55,325 nucleotides of DNA, from positions 1-55,325 of IMG/VR virus record IMGVR_UViG_3300037863_000028. One strand, 5' to 3'. The stretch comes from a virus (Duplodnaviria > Caudoviricetes). Positions 9,005 through 16,885 of the stretch are shown here, piece by piece. Under the pieces are notes generated by a model. The model made no database searches, was not told the DNA's origin, and saw nothing but the letters and a program-made list of their open reading frames with translations. Position 1 is the stretch's first letter. Every line of letters begins with the position of its first letter. Both the position numbers and the translations under genes were made by a program.

Positions 9005-11058
9005 GCTGCCATCCCTGTAGACCTATTCATTACTGTGTTCCCTTCCATCCCACCTTTAGGTGCACCGTCTGGTTGGAGTGGCACACCGCCTTGTGGCGGT
9101 TGGGTAGCTTGTGCTTGCGAAGTTGCCGCTGATCGTGTTTGGTAAGCCGCCTTCTCTCGTGATGGAATAATCTCATCGACTGGCATCTGCAAGCCTTTAG
9201 CTATCTCACGCAATAGCGCAGCACGACCGTCTTTACCTATGATCTCAATATCGATTGGGTTAGCTGTCGCATTTAAGAACTCAATGCGACGTACATTAAC
9301 TGTTTCCTTAACTGCCAAGTTGACTGCACCCTTAGCAATAACTTGAACGTCACCTTTAATTGTCTCATCTTCGTCGTACCGCATGTTGTATACGAACTGA
9401 CGCTGCACAATCGGCTTGATGATATCAGAATCGATGTAACCCACGACCTGACGGATGCCCTTACCTGCAGCACCCATGAGCATGGACAAGCCAGACGACG
9501 TACGACCTGCACCTTGCACGTTCATATCACCATACAGGTACGCAGGTATGCCAGAGTGGTCGTCGGCAAGACGTGAGAACTTATCGTACACAGTCATCAA
9601 CGTGTTAGCGTTATCGTTAGGCTGGTTAAACCGTACAGCTGGCGCACTTGACCCGACAGGATCGTTAGTAACCTGCCAGATTTTCCAAGGGTGTATCTGT
9701 GTGATGTCTTCGTTGGGTGGAATGCGGTCTAAGTTGACCTCAACCTGTGGGCCAGATGCGATGCCCATGTTATTCACAAGCGCACGAGCTGCAGCATTAC
9801 AAACACTCTGCACATCTTCTATGATTTCGGGTATTCCTTTGCCCCAAAATGCCCCCGGACACTTGATAAATGACGTTTTTGCGTACGGTTTTTGCCCTAA
9901 TGGGTCATAATTTAGGACAGCTTTAATAACATAACTGCCCACTAACCAGACGTTTGCATCGTATTCTTTGGCCAAATCTGGCACATCTTCTGCATCCATA
10001 CCCCACTCAACTAGCATTTTTCCTGATATTTTGCCCCAAAACTCTAGGGCATCAAACGTTTCGGTGGGCTTCATGTACGAATAGTATTTGCGTTCTTCTT
10101 CCTGCTTGACTAACTCTACATCTTCGTTAATCCAAGACTGACCATTACCTATATCTAGTATCTTACGAACGGCATCTTCATCATATCCGGGTACGCCGAT
10201 GAGGTCCGATAGTTCCATTCGGGAGAGTGGATGGTGTTGAAAGAGATATCCTTCATCGATTGTAGATATGCCCGGTTCAGGGTAAACCCTAAATGGGTCC
10301 ACTCGCTCAAACTCTGGAGCCAAACGCTCGATAGGCTCAACCACTGTTCTTCCTGACTCATCTGTAGTCCACCCTAAAGCGCGTTGTCTACGTACGACAG
10401 GACCCTTAACAAATGCACAAGGGTACGTAACTAAGTCAGTGACAAAATCATTGAACGCAGTCTCCCATCCGCCTTGTGCGAACTGATCTGCAATCTTTAA
10501 CTTCATTTTATCTGTGCGATTCTGTGCATCTTGCAGTATCTTGAACCGATAGTCCTGTCCAACAATCTCTTTAAGCTCTGCAATGTCAGCAGGAGACGGC
10601 GCTTGGCCATTGCTTTGCAACATATCTAGTACTTTGTTTGCAAATGCATCCTGTAACTCTTGCGTCTGCGTGGGAGACAGATCAGGTATGGGAGTAGGGA
10701 CAATGTCCCAAGGCGGTTCACCCGAGTCAAGTAAGATATCGCGCATCCAACTCTCGGCAGCACGGCACTTGACCTCAGTGATCATCATGTAGATCTCAGA
10801 CCCACCTTGGTTACGGATCTGTTGAACCTTATCTGCTTCGTACTCGCCGTTGCGCTGACGCAAGGCTCTAAGCATCTTGTACTCAATTGGCTTCTTGGAT
10901 TGCTGTGCCGCATCCCAACACTCGCGCAGGTATGCGCTTAGCCCTAAGATGTAAGCCTCGTTCTGGCGTTCCTGCAGGGCGCGGTCTTTCTCAGCATCTT
11001 CTTGACGCTTAAGATCTTCATTGTTTACTACTCTAAGAAAGCTTAGACCGGCTGCCAT
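9001..11058 (-). CDS. portal protein
   Basis: 685 aa; ERVDPFRVYPEP, FWGKGIPEII and RTSSGLSMLM motifs; lies between terminase and scaffold. Confidence 0.88.
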   Translation of the reverse strand: MAAGLSFLRVVNNEDLKRQEDAEKDRALQERQNEAYILGLSAYLRECWDAAQQSKKPIEYKMLRALRQRNGEYEADKVQQIRNQGGSEIYMMITEVKCRAAESWMRDILLDSGEPPWDIVPTPIPDLSPTQTQELQDAFANKVLDMLQSNGQAPSPADIAELKEIVGQDYRFKILQDAQNRTDKMKLKIADQFAQGGWETAFNDFVTDLVTYPCAFVKGPVVRRQRALGWTTDESGRTVVEPIERLAPEFERVDPFRVYPEPGISTIDEGYLFQHHPLSRMELSDLIGVPGYDEDAVRKILDIGNGQSWINEDVELVKQEEERKYYSYMKPTETFDALEFWGKISGKMLVEWGMDAEDVPDLAKEYDANVWLVGSYVIKAVLNYDPLGQKPYAKTSFIKCPGAFWGKGIPEIIEDVQSVCNAAARALVNNMGIASGPQVEVNLDRIPPNEDITQIHPWKIWQVTNDPVGSSAPAVRFNQPNDNANTLMTVYDKFSRLADDHSGIPAYLYGDMNVQGAGRTSSGLSMLMGAAGKGIRQVVGYIDSDIIKPIVQRQFVYNMRYDEDETIKGDVQVIAKGAVNLAVKETVNVRRIEFLNATANPIDIEIIGKDGRAALLREIAKGLQMPVDEIIPSREKAAYQTRSAATSQAQATQPPQGGVPLQPDGAPKGGMEGNTVMNRSTGMAA

Positions 11059-11514
11059 TTACTTCCCCATCGTTTTTCTTAGGTTGTTTACGTACTGTAG
11101 TTGCTCTGGTGTAGGAGTACCTGCGCTTGGATCACCACTAAGAATCCTAGCCGCTATCGTTGCATTACGCTGACCCGGACTAGCATCTTTATACGAATTT
11201 GAATTTAAGAATTTTTCTTGCTGCGGTGTCAGTGCAAAATTTGGATCACCTTGTCGGCGCATCATAATTCTTGACATTTCATTTAGTCTAACAGCGTCCA
11301 TCTCTTGCGGAGTGCGTTTGCTGTAGGGGTTCATAACAACAGCATCTTGATCCTGCGCCATCATCCCGGGTACATTTTTGTTTGACTTAAAGTATTGGTC
11401 TTCACTCGGAGTAGGCATACGTTCTACAATACCGCCATCCTTATATCCTTTGACCGGACGATTACAGTCCATCTTAGAATTGCATGATTTAAACGATATT
11501 ACTTTGGCCATCAT
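11059..11514 (-). CDS. hypothetical protein with GYKDGGIV motif
   Basis: 151-aa ORF, AAGGAG RBS, abuts the portal start. Confidence 0.7.
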   Translation of the reverse strand: MMAKVISFKSCNSKMDCNRPVKGYKDGGIVERMPTPSEDQYFKSNKNVPGMMAQDQDAVVMNPYSKRTPQEMDAVRLNEMSRIMMRRQGDPNFALTPQQEKFLNSNSYKDASPGQRNATIAARILSGDPSAGTPTPEQLQYVNNLRKTMGK

Positions 11515-11561
11515 AACTCCTTATCCTATGGGTATTGCGCCAATTATATACGAGTTCCCAT

Positions 11562-11597
11562 AAAAAAGAACCCCCAGAGTAAAAACTCAATGGGGGC
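11562..11597 (-). terminator. intrinsic terminator after the terL/HNH genes
   Basis: CCCCCA...TGGGGG stem followed by TTCTTTTTT on the minus strand. Confidence 0.6.
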
Positions 11598-11652
11598 TAA
11601 GGGAGATACTTCAACAGCGAGGGATACTACTTAAGGAGACATAGTTAGTATA

Positions 11653-12159
11653 TCACGTACTTCTTCTGTTAGCGTACTGTTCTTTTCGTGTAGCCCATCT
11701 AACATTGCCCGGCTCATAATTACCGTTGTTATCTATACGATCTATAGTGTGCTCAGGACTAGGCTTAGGTCCTATGTATGATAAAAAAACAACAAACGAT
11801 TTTTCCCATTCCGGGCAAACCCGTATGCCTCGACCTCCGTAGTTTTTGTACCCAACATGACTAGGGCGGTTGCATCGGTCACGCATACCGCACCATGTTT
11901 TATATTCAGAAGAAGGTTTTTGCTTAGCCCCGACCCGACTATGTTGGTGTTTAGTAAGTCTGCTTGACATACGCTCCGCTTTATAGCACCCACAGGACTG
12001 CACTTTACCCTCCCGCAAGTTCTGCGCCATTACCTGAGTAAGTTTCCCGCAATCACACAGACACCTCCAGTATATTTCCCGCCTACCTTTTATCTTGATG
12101 TGGTCTACTACCGTTAATCTACCGAACTTCATATTAGTTATGTCGATCATATTGGGCAT
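11653..12159 (-). CDS. free-standing HNH-type homing endonuclease
   Basis: KFGRLTVV, WRCLCDCG, SCGC, YGGRGIRVC, TIDRIDNNGNYEPGNVRWAT motifs; AGGAG RBS. Confidence 0.85.
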   Translation of the reverse strand: MPNMIDITNMKFGRLTVVDHIKIKGRREIYWRCLCDCGKLTQVMAQNLREGKVQSCGCYKAERMSSRLTKHQHSRVGAKQKPSSEYKTWCGMRDRCNRPSHVGYKNYGGRGIRVCPEWEKSFVVFLSYIGPKPSPEHTIDRIDNNGNYEPGNVRWATRKEQYANRRST

Positions 12160-12202
12160 ATTACACTCCTATGTTACGAAGTATAATAAACTACTTTACG
12201 CA

Positions 12203-14461
12203 TTATGTCCAACCTGCCGATGAAATTTTCTTTATCTCTCTACTCATTGGATGTATTGACCCTGCTCCAGCACTATTTAAATGAAGCATTAGATACTGCA
12301 ACGCCTCTGCTACGTGGCTGTGTTTGTTCTTGTCGATGTCCCCATCCCCTTTGGGTTTGTACCGATACCCACCCATCATCGCCGCCTTGAGCTGCGTACA
12401 ACCGGGGTCTAGTAAGAACGCAGGGTCGCCATCTACTTGCCGCATGAGGTACTCATCGACTGAGTTAATACGTGCCGATATGCTGTTGGTCTTAGCTGGT
12501 ATAACTTTAAACCCTTCAGCCTTGATGATGTCCACCACACTGCGCTCGTCTGTCTGCGCTCGCTGCACACCCGCTGGGTCAACCACAATCAGCACAGGCG
12601 CACCACTGAACTTCTCAAAGAGCAAAGGCTTGAGCATCGTACGTATGAACCGTTGCGCCCCCATATCAAACGACACACACTCACTCAGGACAAGCGCTCG
12701 CCCTCGTGGATCTTGTTGTCCGATGACGGCAGCGGGTGTGAGTCCCAAGTCCATGCCAACGACCACAGGACGCATACCGTTGTTAATGTATCGCAGAGTG
12801 CTTCGCGCCATGTGGTAGTCGGGTCTGAAGTATTTGTAGACTGGCATACCGGCTGACGAGAGTCCGTACTCGCCGTCGATGTAAACCCTAATATATTCTT
12901 CTGATCGACCTTGGGTGTCATAGTATCCGTCCGGTAAGTTCTCAATGTTCTCAGCGTATGGACTGCGCCCTGATGGTTGCTTAAATACATCCCACCCGTT
13001 GTCGTTAGGTGACACGCCATCTGCAGGGTCAATCCCCTCCATTTGATAGTACCACCATGTATCCATAGTAGGCGGGTTAGTGTCTGCCCACATGCCGTGC
13101 CAAGTCGGACCACCATCTTTAGATGACGGATAACGCCCCACACGTTTAGACATTGCATCCACAATATCCGGGTGAATATCCCTGCACTCGTTAAACCATG
13201 CGAATGTAAGTTCTAGGGAGTTAAGGTTAGCCACGTCATCGGAGTCATCCAACGCTCGGAACATAATCTCACACTCAACGTCACCGACCTTGAAGAAATA
13301 AGTCTTTGTGGTTTTCATGTACCGACCACACACTCCATCAGGGAACCAGTCTAGAAATGTTTTGATAGTCGTATCGCTTAACTGCCTGACAGTCTCACGA
13401 ACTACTGCTGCACGTGACTTGCGTATGCCTTGAGCATTAGGCTTTTGCTGTGACGCACGGCGTATTATTTCAAAGGAACATGTTACCGATTTGCCACTGT
13501 TATGGTGGATAGTCCCGTCAGCGGTGACGTAGTTATTGGTATCTAAAACTTGCAAATCCCAATATGAACTCTTGACAGTTTGCCTATCTATACTTACAAT
13601 GGTCCTGTCGGATACGGAGGATATGTTAGATGAACGAAAACACACAGAAGATAATTGAGCTTTCAGATGGTCAGCGCTCATCTTCGCAGATTGCTCAGAT
13701 AGTTGGCTTGTCCCCACGCTACGTGCGTAAGATAATGCTTCGCTTAGACCTACCGAGGATAGGAGAAGGTGCACAGCCCGGCGAGAATAACCACCAATAC
13801 AAGTCTGGGCGACGCGTAGACCATGACGGATACGTTCTTGTAACCGCCCCATCAAACCACCCGTATGCTCGACAGAGGCCAAATAGTCAGACGAAACTGA
13901 TCTATGAGCACCGATTAGTCTTAGAGCAATATCTTGGTCGATACCTTCTTGCGTCAGAAACTGTAGACCACGTAGACGGGCTGACTCTGCATAACTCGCC
14001 AATGAACCTACGGCTGTTTGCCTCGAACGCAGATCATCTATCTGCGACTCTTTCAGGTATTGCACCAAAGATTTCAGAGGCTGGTCGCCGCAATACTGGT
14101 ATAAGGACTGACCTTGGGCAAGCGATTGTACGCGTTGATATGCACGATGCCCGTCGTAGACGAGGTGATGTTCGTTTGCGTCAAATACTCCTTGCTGCGT
14201 TGCAACTCGGTATAGATAGTCCGTACCTTTTGGGAACGAGCCACCACACCAAGAAAGCTGGAATTGACCTGTCCTCTCGTTCCAAGATAGAACGCGCATT
14301 GGCCGATCTATACTCCAGATGGGAACAAGCCCATACTCCGTAGCGATAAGTGTATCCGGAGCCAAGCACCCCACAGGCCCCATGAGCGTACGCATCTTGG
14401 CGTTGCTCTCCATGAACTTCGCACCAGTGGGTGGTGGCGTGTAGTTAATATCATTGGCCAT
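12203..14461 (-). CDS. terL: terminase large subunit, intein-containing (462 aa after splicing)
   Basis: Walker A GPVG|SGKS split by the intein; Walker B-like AWFNE; DTNPP coupling motif; RNase H-like nuclease VGMDLG and HVAEAL. Confidence 0.93.
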   Translation of the reverse strand: MANDINYTPPPTGAKFMESNAKMRTLMGPVGCLAPDTLIATEYGLVPIWSIDRPMRVLSWNERTGQFQLSWCGGSFPKGTDYLYRVATQQGVFDANEHHLVYDGHRAYQRVQSLAQGQSLYQYCGDQPLKSLVQYLKESQIDDLRSRQTAVGSLASYAESARLRGLQFLTQEGIDQDIALRLIGAHRSVSSDYLASVEHTGGLMGRLQERIRHGLRVAQTCIGGYSRRAVHLLLSSVGLSEALSYARSVGTSQLSEQSAKMSADHLKAQLSSVCFRSSNISSVSDRTIVSIDRQTVKSSYWDLQVLDTNNYVTADGTIHHNSGKSVTCSFEIIRRASQQKPNAQGIRKSRAAVVRETVRQLSDTTIKTFLDWFPDGVCGRYMKTTKTYFFKVGDVECEIMFRALDDSDDVANLNSLELTFAWFNECRDIHPDIVDAMSKRVGRYPSSKDGGPTWHGMWADTNPPTMDTWWYYQMEGIDPADGVSPNDNGWDVFKQPSGRSPYAENIENLPDGYYDTQGRSEEYIRVYIDGEYGLSSAGMPVYKYFRPDYHMARSTLRYINNGMRPVVVGMDLGLTPAAVIGQQDPRGRALVLSECVSFDMGAQRFIRTMLKPLLFEKFSGAPVLIVVDPAGVQRAQTDERSVVDIIKAEGFKVIPAKTNSISARINSVDEYLMRQVDGDPAFLLDPGCTQLKAAMMGGYRYKPKGDGDIDKNKHSHVAEALQYLMLHLNSAGAGSIHPMSREIKKISSAGWT
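13572..13600 (+). promoter_or_regulatory. sigma70-type promoter for the antisense HNH gene, inside the intein coding sequence
   Basis: TTGACA (13572-77), 17-nt spacer, TACAAT (13595-600); GGAGG at 13616-20; ATG at 13630. Confidence 0.8.
13630..14343 (+). CDS. HTH + HNH homing endonuclease encoded antisense, fully nested in the terL intein
   Basis: N-terminal HTH (SSSQIAQIVGLSPRYVRKIM), GENNHQYKSG motif, HNH core EHRLVLEQYLGRYL...ETVDHVDGLTLHNSPMNL; own promoter and RBS. Confidence 0.88.
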   Translation: MNENTQKIIELSDGQRSSSQIAQIVGLSPRYVRKIMLRLDLPRIGEGAQPGENNHQYKSGRRVDHDGYVLVTAPSNHPYARQRPNSQTKLIYEHRLVLEQYLGRYLLASETVDHVDGLTLHNSPMNLRLFASNADHLSATLSGIAPKISEAGRRNTGIRTDLGQAIVRVDMHDARRRRGDVRLRQILLAALQLGIDSPYLLGTSHHTKKAGIDLSSRSKIERALADLYSRWEQAHTP

Positions 14462-14657
14462 TGGGTTCTACCAACATGATTATGAACTGCCTCCCAAGTT
14501 TTTTGGACTTGTGTATCTTGATTGTGAACGACACCCCTGCCTGTTTTAAGGCAAGCTGTAAGTTGTTGCACTGCATAGCTGTTGGTAGCTTGGCGGCTCG
14601 AAGGCCATTGTACTCACTATCAAACTGATTCTCGATACTCAATGGCAGTGACATCAT
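14451..14657 (-). CDS. hypothetical protein between terS and terL
   Basis: 68-aa ORF overlapping both neighbours, GAGG RBS. Confidence 0.55.
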   Translation of the reverse strand: MMSLPLSIENQFDSEYNGLRAAKLPTAMQCNNLQLALKQAGVSFTIKIHKSKKLGRQFIIMLVEPNGQ

Positions 14658-15114
14658 CTTCCTCTTGTTGGATTAGGTCTGCTTCGATTGTACGCGCATC
14701 ACCTGTTGTGTTGCCCAAGTTGATCGTTATCTTAACTCCACCACCACCGACTTCTGCTATATCTGTCCTAGGTTCTAGGCCAGCCCACTTGACTGTGGAC
14801 TTAATCAAGTCTGCCTTTACAGCAGCTGATACGCTAGGATCGTGGATTAACAACCAAGATGTTGTCAGGAGTTCTTCGGCTTGGGCACGGGCTTTGAGTT
14901 TAAACGTCATGCCCTTATCGCGTATCTCACCACGATAATGCTCTACCTTCTTTAGGAATATTGGGTCTGCGTTAAACGCAATGATGCTATCAGCCTTGAT
15001 GCTGTGCCTAGCCATGACTTCCTGTAGCGATTCTCCACTGCCCTCCAGAGTTAGGGCAACATCAAATGCTAGTCGGTCTGACCACTTCGTAAGATTTAAA
15101 GGGCGAGTATCCAT
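14620..15114 (-). CDS. putative terminase small subunit
   Basis: 164 aa, helical, with C-terminal VKITINLG strand, upstream of terL. Confidence 0.65.
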   Translation of the reverse strand: MDTRPLNLTKWSDRLAFDVALTLEGSGESLQEVMARHSIKADSIIAFNADPIFLKKVEHYRGEIRDKGMTFKLKARAQAEELLTTSWLLIHDPSVSAAVKADLIKSTVKWAGLEPRTDIAEVGGGGVKITINLGNTTGDARTIEADLIQQEEDDVTAIEYRESV

Positions 15115-15120
15115 GCTGCG

Positions 15121-15149
15121 AGGATAGAGTAAGTTGTCTGGTGTGTCAA
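15121..15149 (-). promoter_or_regulatory. sigma70-type promoter for terS (probably leaderless mRNA)
   Basis: TTGACA (15149-44), 17 nt, TATCCT (15126-21); ATG follows after only 6 nt, no SD. Confidence 0.6.
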
Positions 15150-15209
15150 CAGGTATGCGGGTAGGCTAAGGATTATTTAGTATGCTAACTTTACACGTTG
15201 GAATTTTTA

Positions 15210-15860
15210 TCATAGTTTACCTAATAGGTATTTAGCAGCTTGTAGTAAAGTTCTAGGGCTATCGTTAAATTTACCAAGTGCCGTATTGCAGTACATACAT
15301 AGCATCCCACGAACTTTACCAGTGTCGTGGCAATGGTCAACAGATAACTTACCGTACCGTTCTTTGTGCGCTGGTCTAAGGCATATTGCACACTTGTTAT
15401 CCTGAGCCTCAGACATTTGCAGTATCTCATGCTCAGTCATCCCATACTTAGAAGCTCTAGTACCACTGTTATGTTTAGCACTTAGTTGTTTCGCACAATC
15501 TACGCAGTAACTACCACGCTTATCTTTGCGTTGCGGGTTTCTATGGTAGCTACTAAGCTCGACATCCCTCCCACATAGAGCACAGTCTTTGCGTCCATCC
15601 CCTCTCCTCCTCTTAAATAGAGATGCTTGTAGCCCCATTGGGTCAGTCCCGATGAACCTGTATTCGTGCTTCTCTGGATACCGCCCTATTATAAAAGCCA
15701 ATGCTGCTTTCCTCGCGTACATCCGAAACCCAAGCACTACTATCCTAGGTCCGGAGGATGTACGCTCTAGGTACACGGGTATGCCAGTAGACCTACGTGT
15801 TAGTACCCCGGAATCTGGATTGTACGAAAGTTCTAGTTTAAGTTGTTCAGCAGTAATCAT
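15210..15860 (-). CDS. endonuclease VII-family (Endonuclease_7) free-standing homing endonuclease
   Basis: QDNKCAIC...LSVDHCHDTGKVRGMLCMYCNTALG; upstream CxxC...CxxC zinc ribbon; N-terminal LSYNPDSG. Confidence 0.85.
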   Translation of the reverse strand: MITAEQLKLELSYNPDSGVLTRRSTGIPVYLERTSSGPRIVVLGFRMYARKAALAFIIGRYPEKHEYRFIGTDPMGLQASLFKRRRGDGRKDCALCGRDVELSSYHRNPQRKDKRGSYCVDCAKQLSAKHNSGTRASKYGMTEHEILQMSEAQDNKCAICLRPAHKERYGKLSVDHCHDTGKVRGMLCMYCNTALGKFNDSPRTLLQAAKYLLGKL

Positions 15861-15885
15861 GTGTGGGTCTCCCGTAATGTAGTTT

Positions 15886-15914
15886 ATTATACTACAAATA
15901 GGGGTAGTTGTCTA
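15886..15914 (-). promoter_or_regulatory. sigma70-type promoter for the EndoVII-like gene
   Basis: TAGACA (15914-09), 17 nt, TATAAT (15891-86); GGGAG RBS at 15873-69. Confidence 0.7.
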
Positions 15915-16053
15915 GGCGCCTCGTAGTTTATGAGGTTGCCTACAATAAGGGGGGCGGCTAGTTTCCTGAATCCATGTAGGGGGGGTGTCTAATCATTGGT
16001 AAGGGTTTACCCCTATATAAATAACATATAGGGTATCAATTTATTTCATAGGA

Positions 16054-16086
16054 TAACTTTACATTTCAGTAAAGTTAGGTCAGGGT
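16054..16086 (+). promoter_or_regulatory. putative early promoter 1 with overlapping palindrome
   Basis: TTTACA (16058-63), 17 nt, CAGGGT (16081-86); palindrome TAACTTTAC-N6-GTAAAGTTA at 16054-77; same layout at 17534. Confidence 0.55.
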
Positions 16087-16158
16087 TGAATTGTCGATAC
16101 AGCATCTGTACCGATTCACCCGAAAGGTGATTTGATCATTAACAATTGGAGATATACC

Positions 16159-16443
16159 ATGGCTAAGCCAACCTCTGACCTCAATTTTATTGCGGTCGAC
16201 ACAGAGCAGTTACCCCCATCTGTAAAGCCCTTATGGGCTAAATTAAAGAAAGCAGAGGCAGAACTGAAGCACGCTAGAGAGGATTTTGAGGGCGCGTTCA
16301 CCACAATTGCTCGTAAGGCAGAGCAATTGCCCGAAAATCTGATTTTACGTTTTGGCTATCGTTTTGGTGGACTAGCAGTAGCTACTGTTAGTTCAACAGA
16401 AGTTAAAAAGGCTACCAAGCCTAAGTTTGTACTTGGTAAGTAA
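16159..16443 (+). CDS. early protein, paralog A (94 aa)
   Basis: GGAG RBS before ATG 16159; about 77% identical to 17663..17947. Confidence 0.85.
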   Translation: MAKPTSDLNFIAVDTEQLPPSVKPLWAKLKKAEAELKHAREDFEGAFTTIARKAEQLPENLILRFGYRFGGLAVATVSSTEVKKATKPKFVLGK

Positions 16444-16481
16444 ACCCAGAGGGGGGGAAACCCCCCTCGCTCTAAGGAAAT
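16440..16481 (+). repeat. 42-bp intergenic direct repeat copy 1 (stop-hairpin-RBS)
   Basis: gtaaacccagagggggggaaacccccctcgctctaaggaaat; 41/42 identical to 16674..16715. Confidence 0.9.
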
Positions 16482-16485
16482 TATC

Positions 16486-16677
16486 ATGGCCTCAAAGACC
16501 ATAGAAGTAACAATCACCATAAGTCAAACTTTGGTTGTTCCTGAAAAGGCAACCGAACAAGAAGTTACCAAGTTTTTGTCAGACTACTTTGATGTGCAGG
16601 ATACCTATGTTGGGACCTGTTCTGTTGATGGTAAGTTTAAGTTCGATGACATGACTGTAGATAGTATAGTCATGTAA
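16486..16677 (+). CDS. hypothetical early protein
   Basis: 63 aa, AAGGA RBS within the repeat. Confidence 0.75.
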   Translation: MASKTIEVTITISQTLVVPEKATEQEVTKFLSDYFDVQDTYVGTCSVDGKFKFDDMTVDSIVM

Positions 16678-16715
16678 ACCCAGAGGGGGGGAAACCCCCC
16701 TCGCACTAAGGAAAT
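16674..16715 (+). repeat. 42-bp intergenic direct repeat copy 2
   Basis: gtaaacccagagggggggaaacccccctcgcactaaggaaat. Confidence 0.9.
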
Positions 16716-16718
16716 ACC

Positions 16719-16853
16719 ATGAGTAAGTATGACAAGACGTTCCAAGACCTCAACAAGGTCAAAGAACCAACAACTGGTAAGCTAGTATTGTACGGTATTA
16801 CCGTCTTTGCGGTCTGTTACTCGCTGATATTCATAGCGATGACCATACTCTAG
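16719..16853 (+). CDS. small membrane protein (44 aa)
   Basis: MSKYDKTFQDLNKVKEPTTGKLVLYGITVFAVCYSLIFIAMTIL, translated by hand; RBS in the repeat; hydrophobic C-terminus. Confidence 0.7.
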   Translation: MSKYDKTFQDLNKVKEPTTGKLVLYGITVFAVCYSLIFIAMTIL

Positions 16854-16859
16854 CCCCTT

Positions 16860-16885
16860 AAGCCCACCGAAAGGTGGGTTTTTTT
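16860..16885 (+). terminator. intrinsic terminator
   Basis: AGCCCACC-GAAA-GGTGGGTT followed by a T-run. Confidence 0.85.

Larger units (their letters stand above)
13499..14368 (-). mobile_element. intein (290 aa) in the terminase Walker A motif
   Basis: Block A CLAPDTLIAT (Cys1 codon at 14368), block B-like DANEHHLVY, block F YWDLQVLDTNNYV, C-terminal HN followed by Ser+1. Removing it restores GPVGSGKS. Confidence 0.93.
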
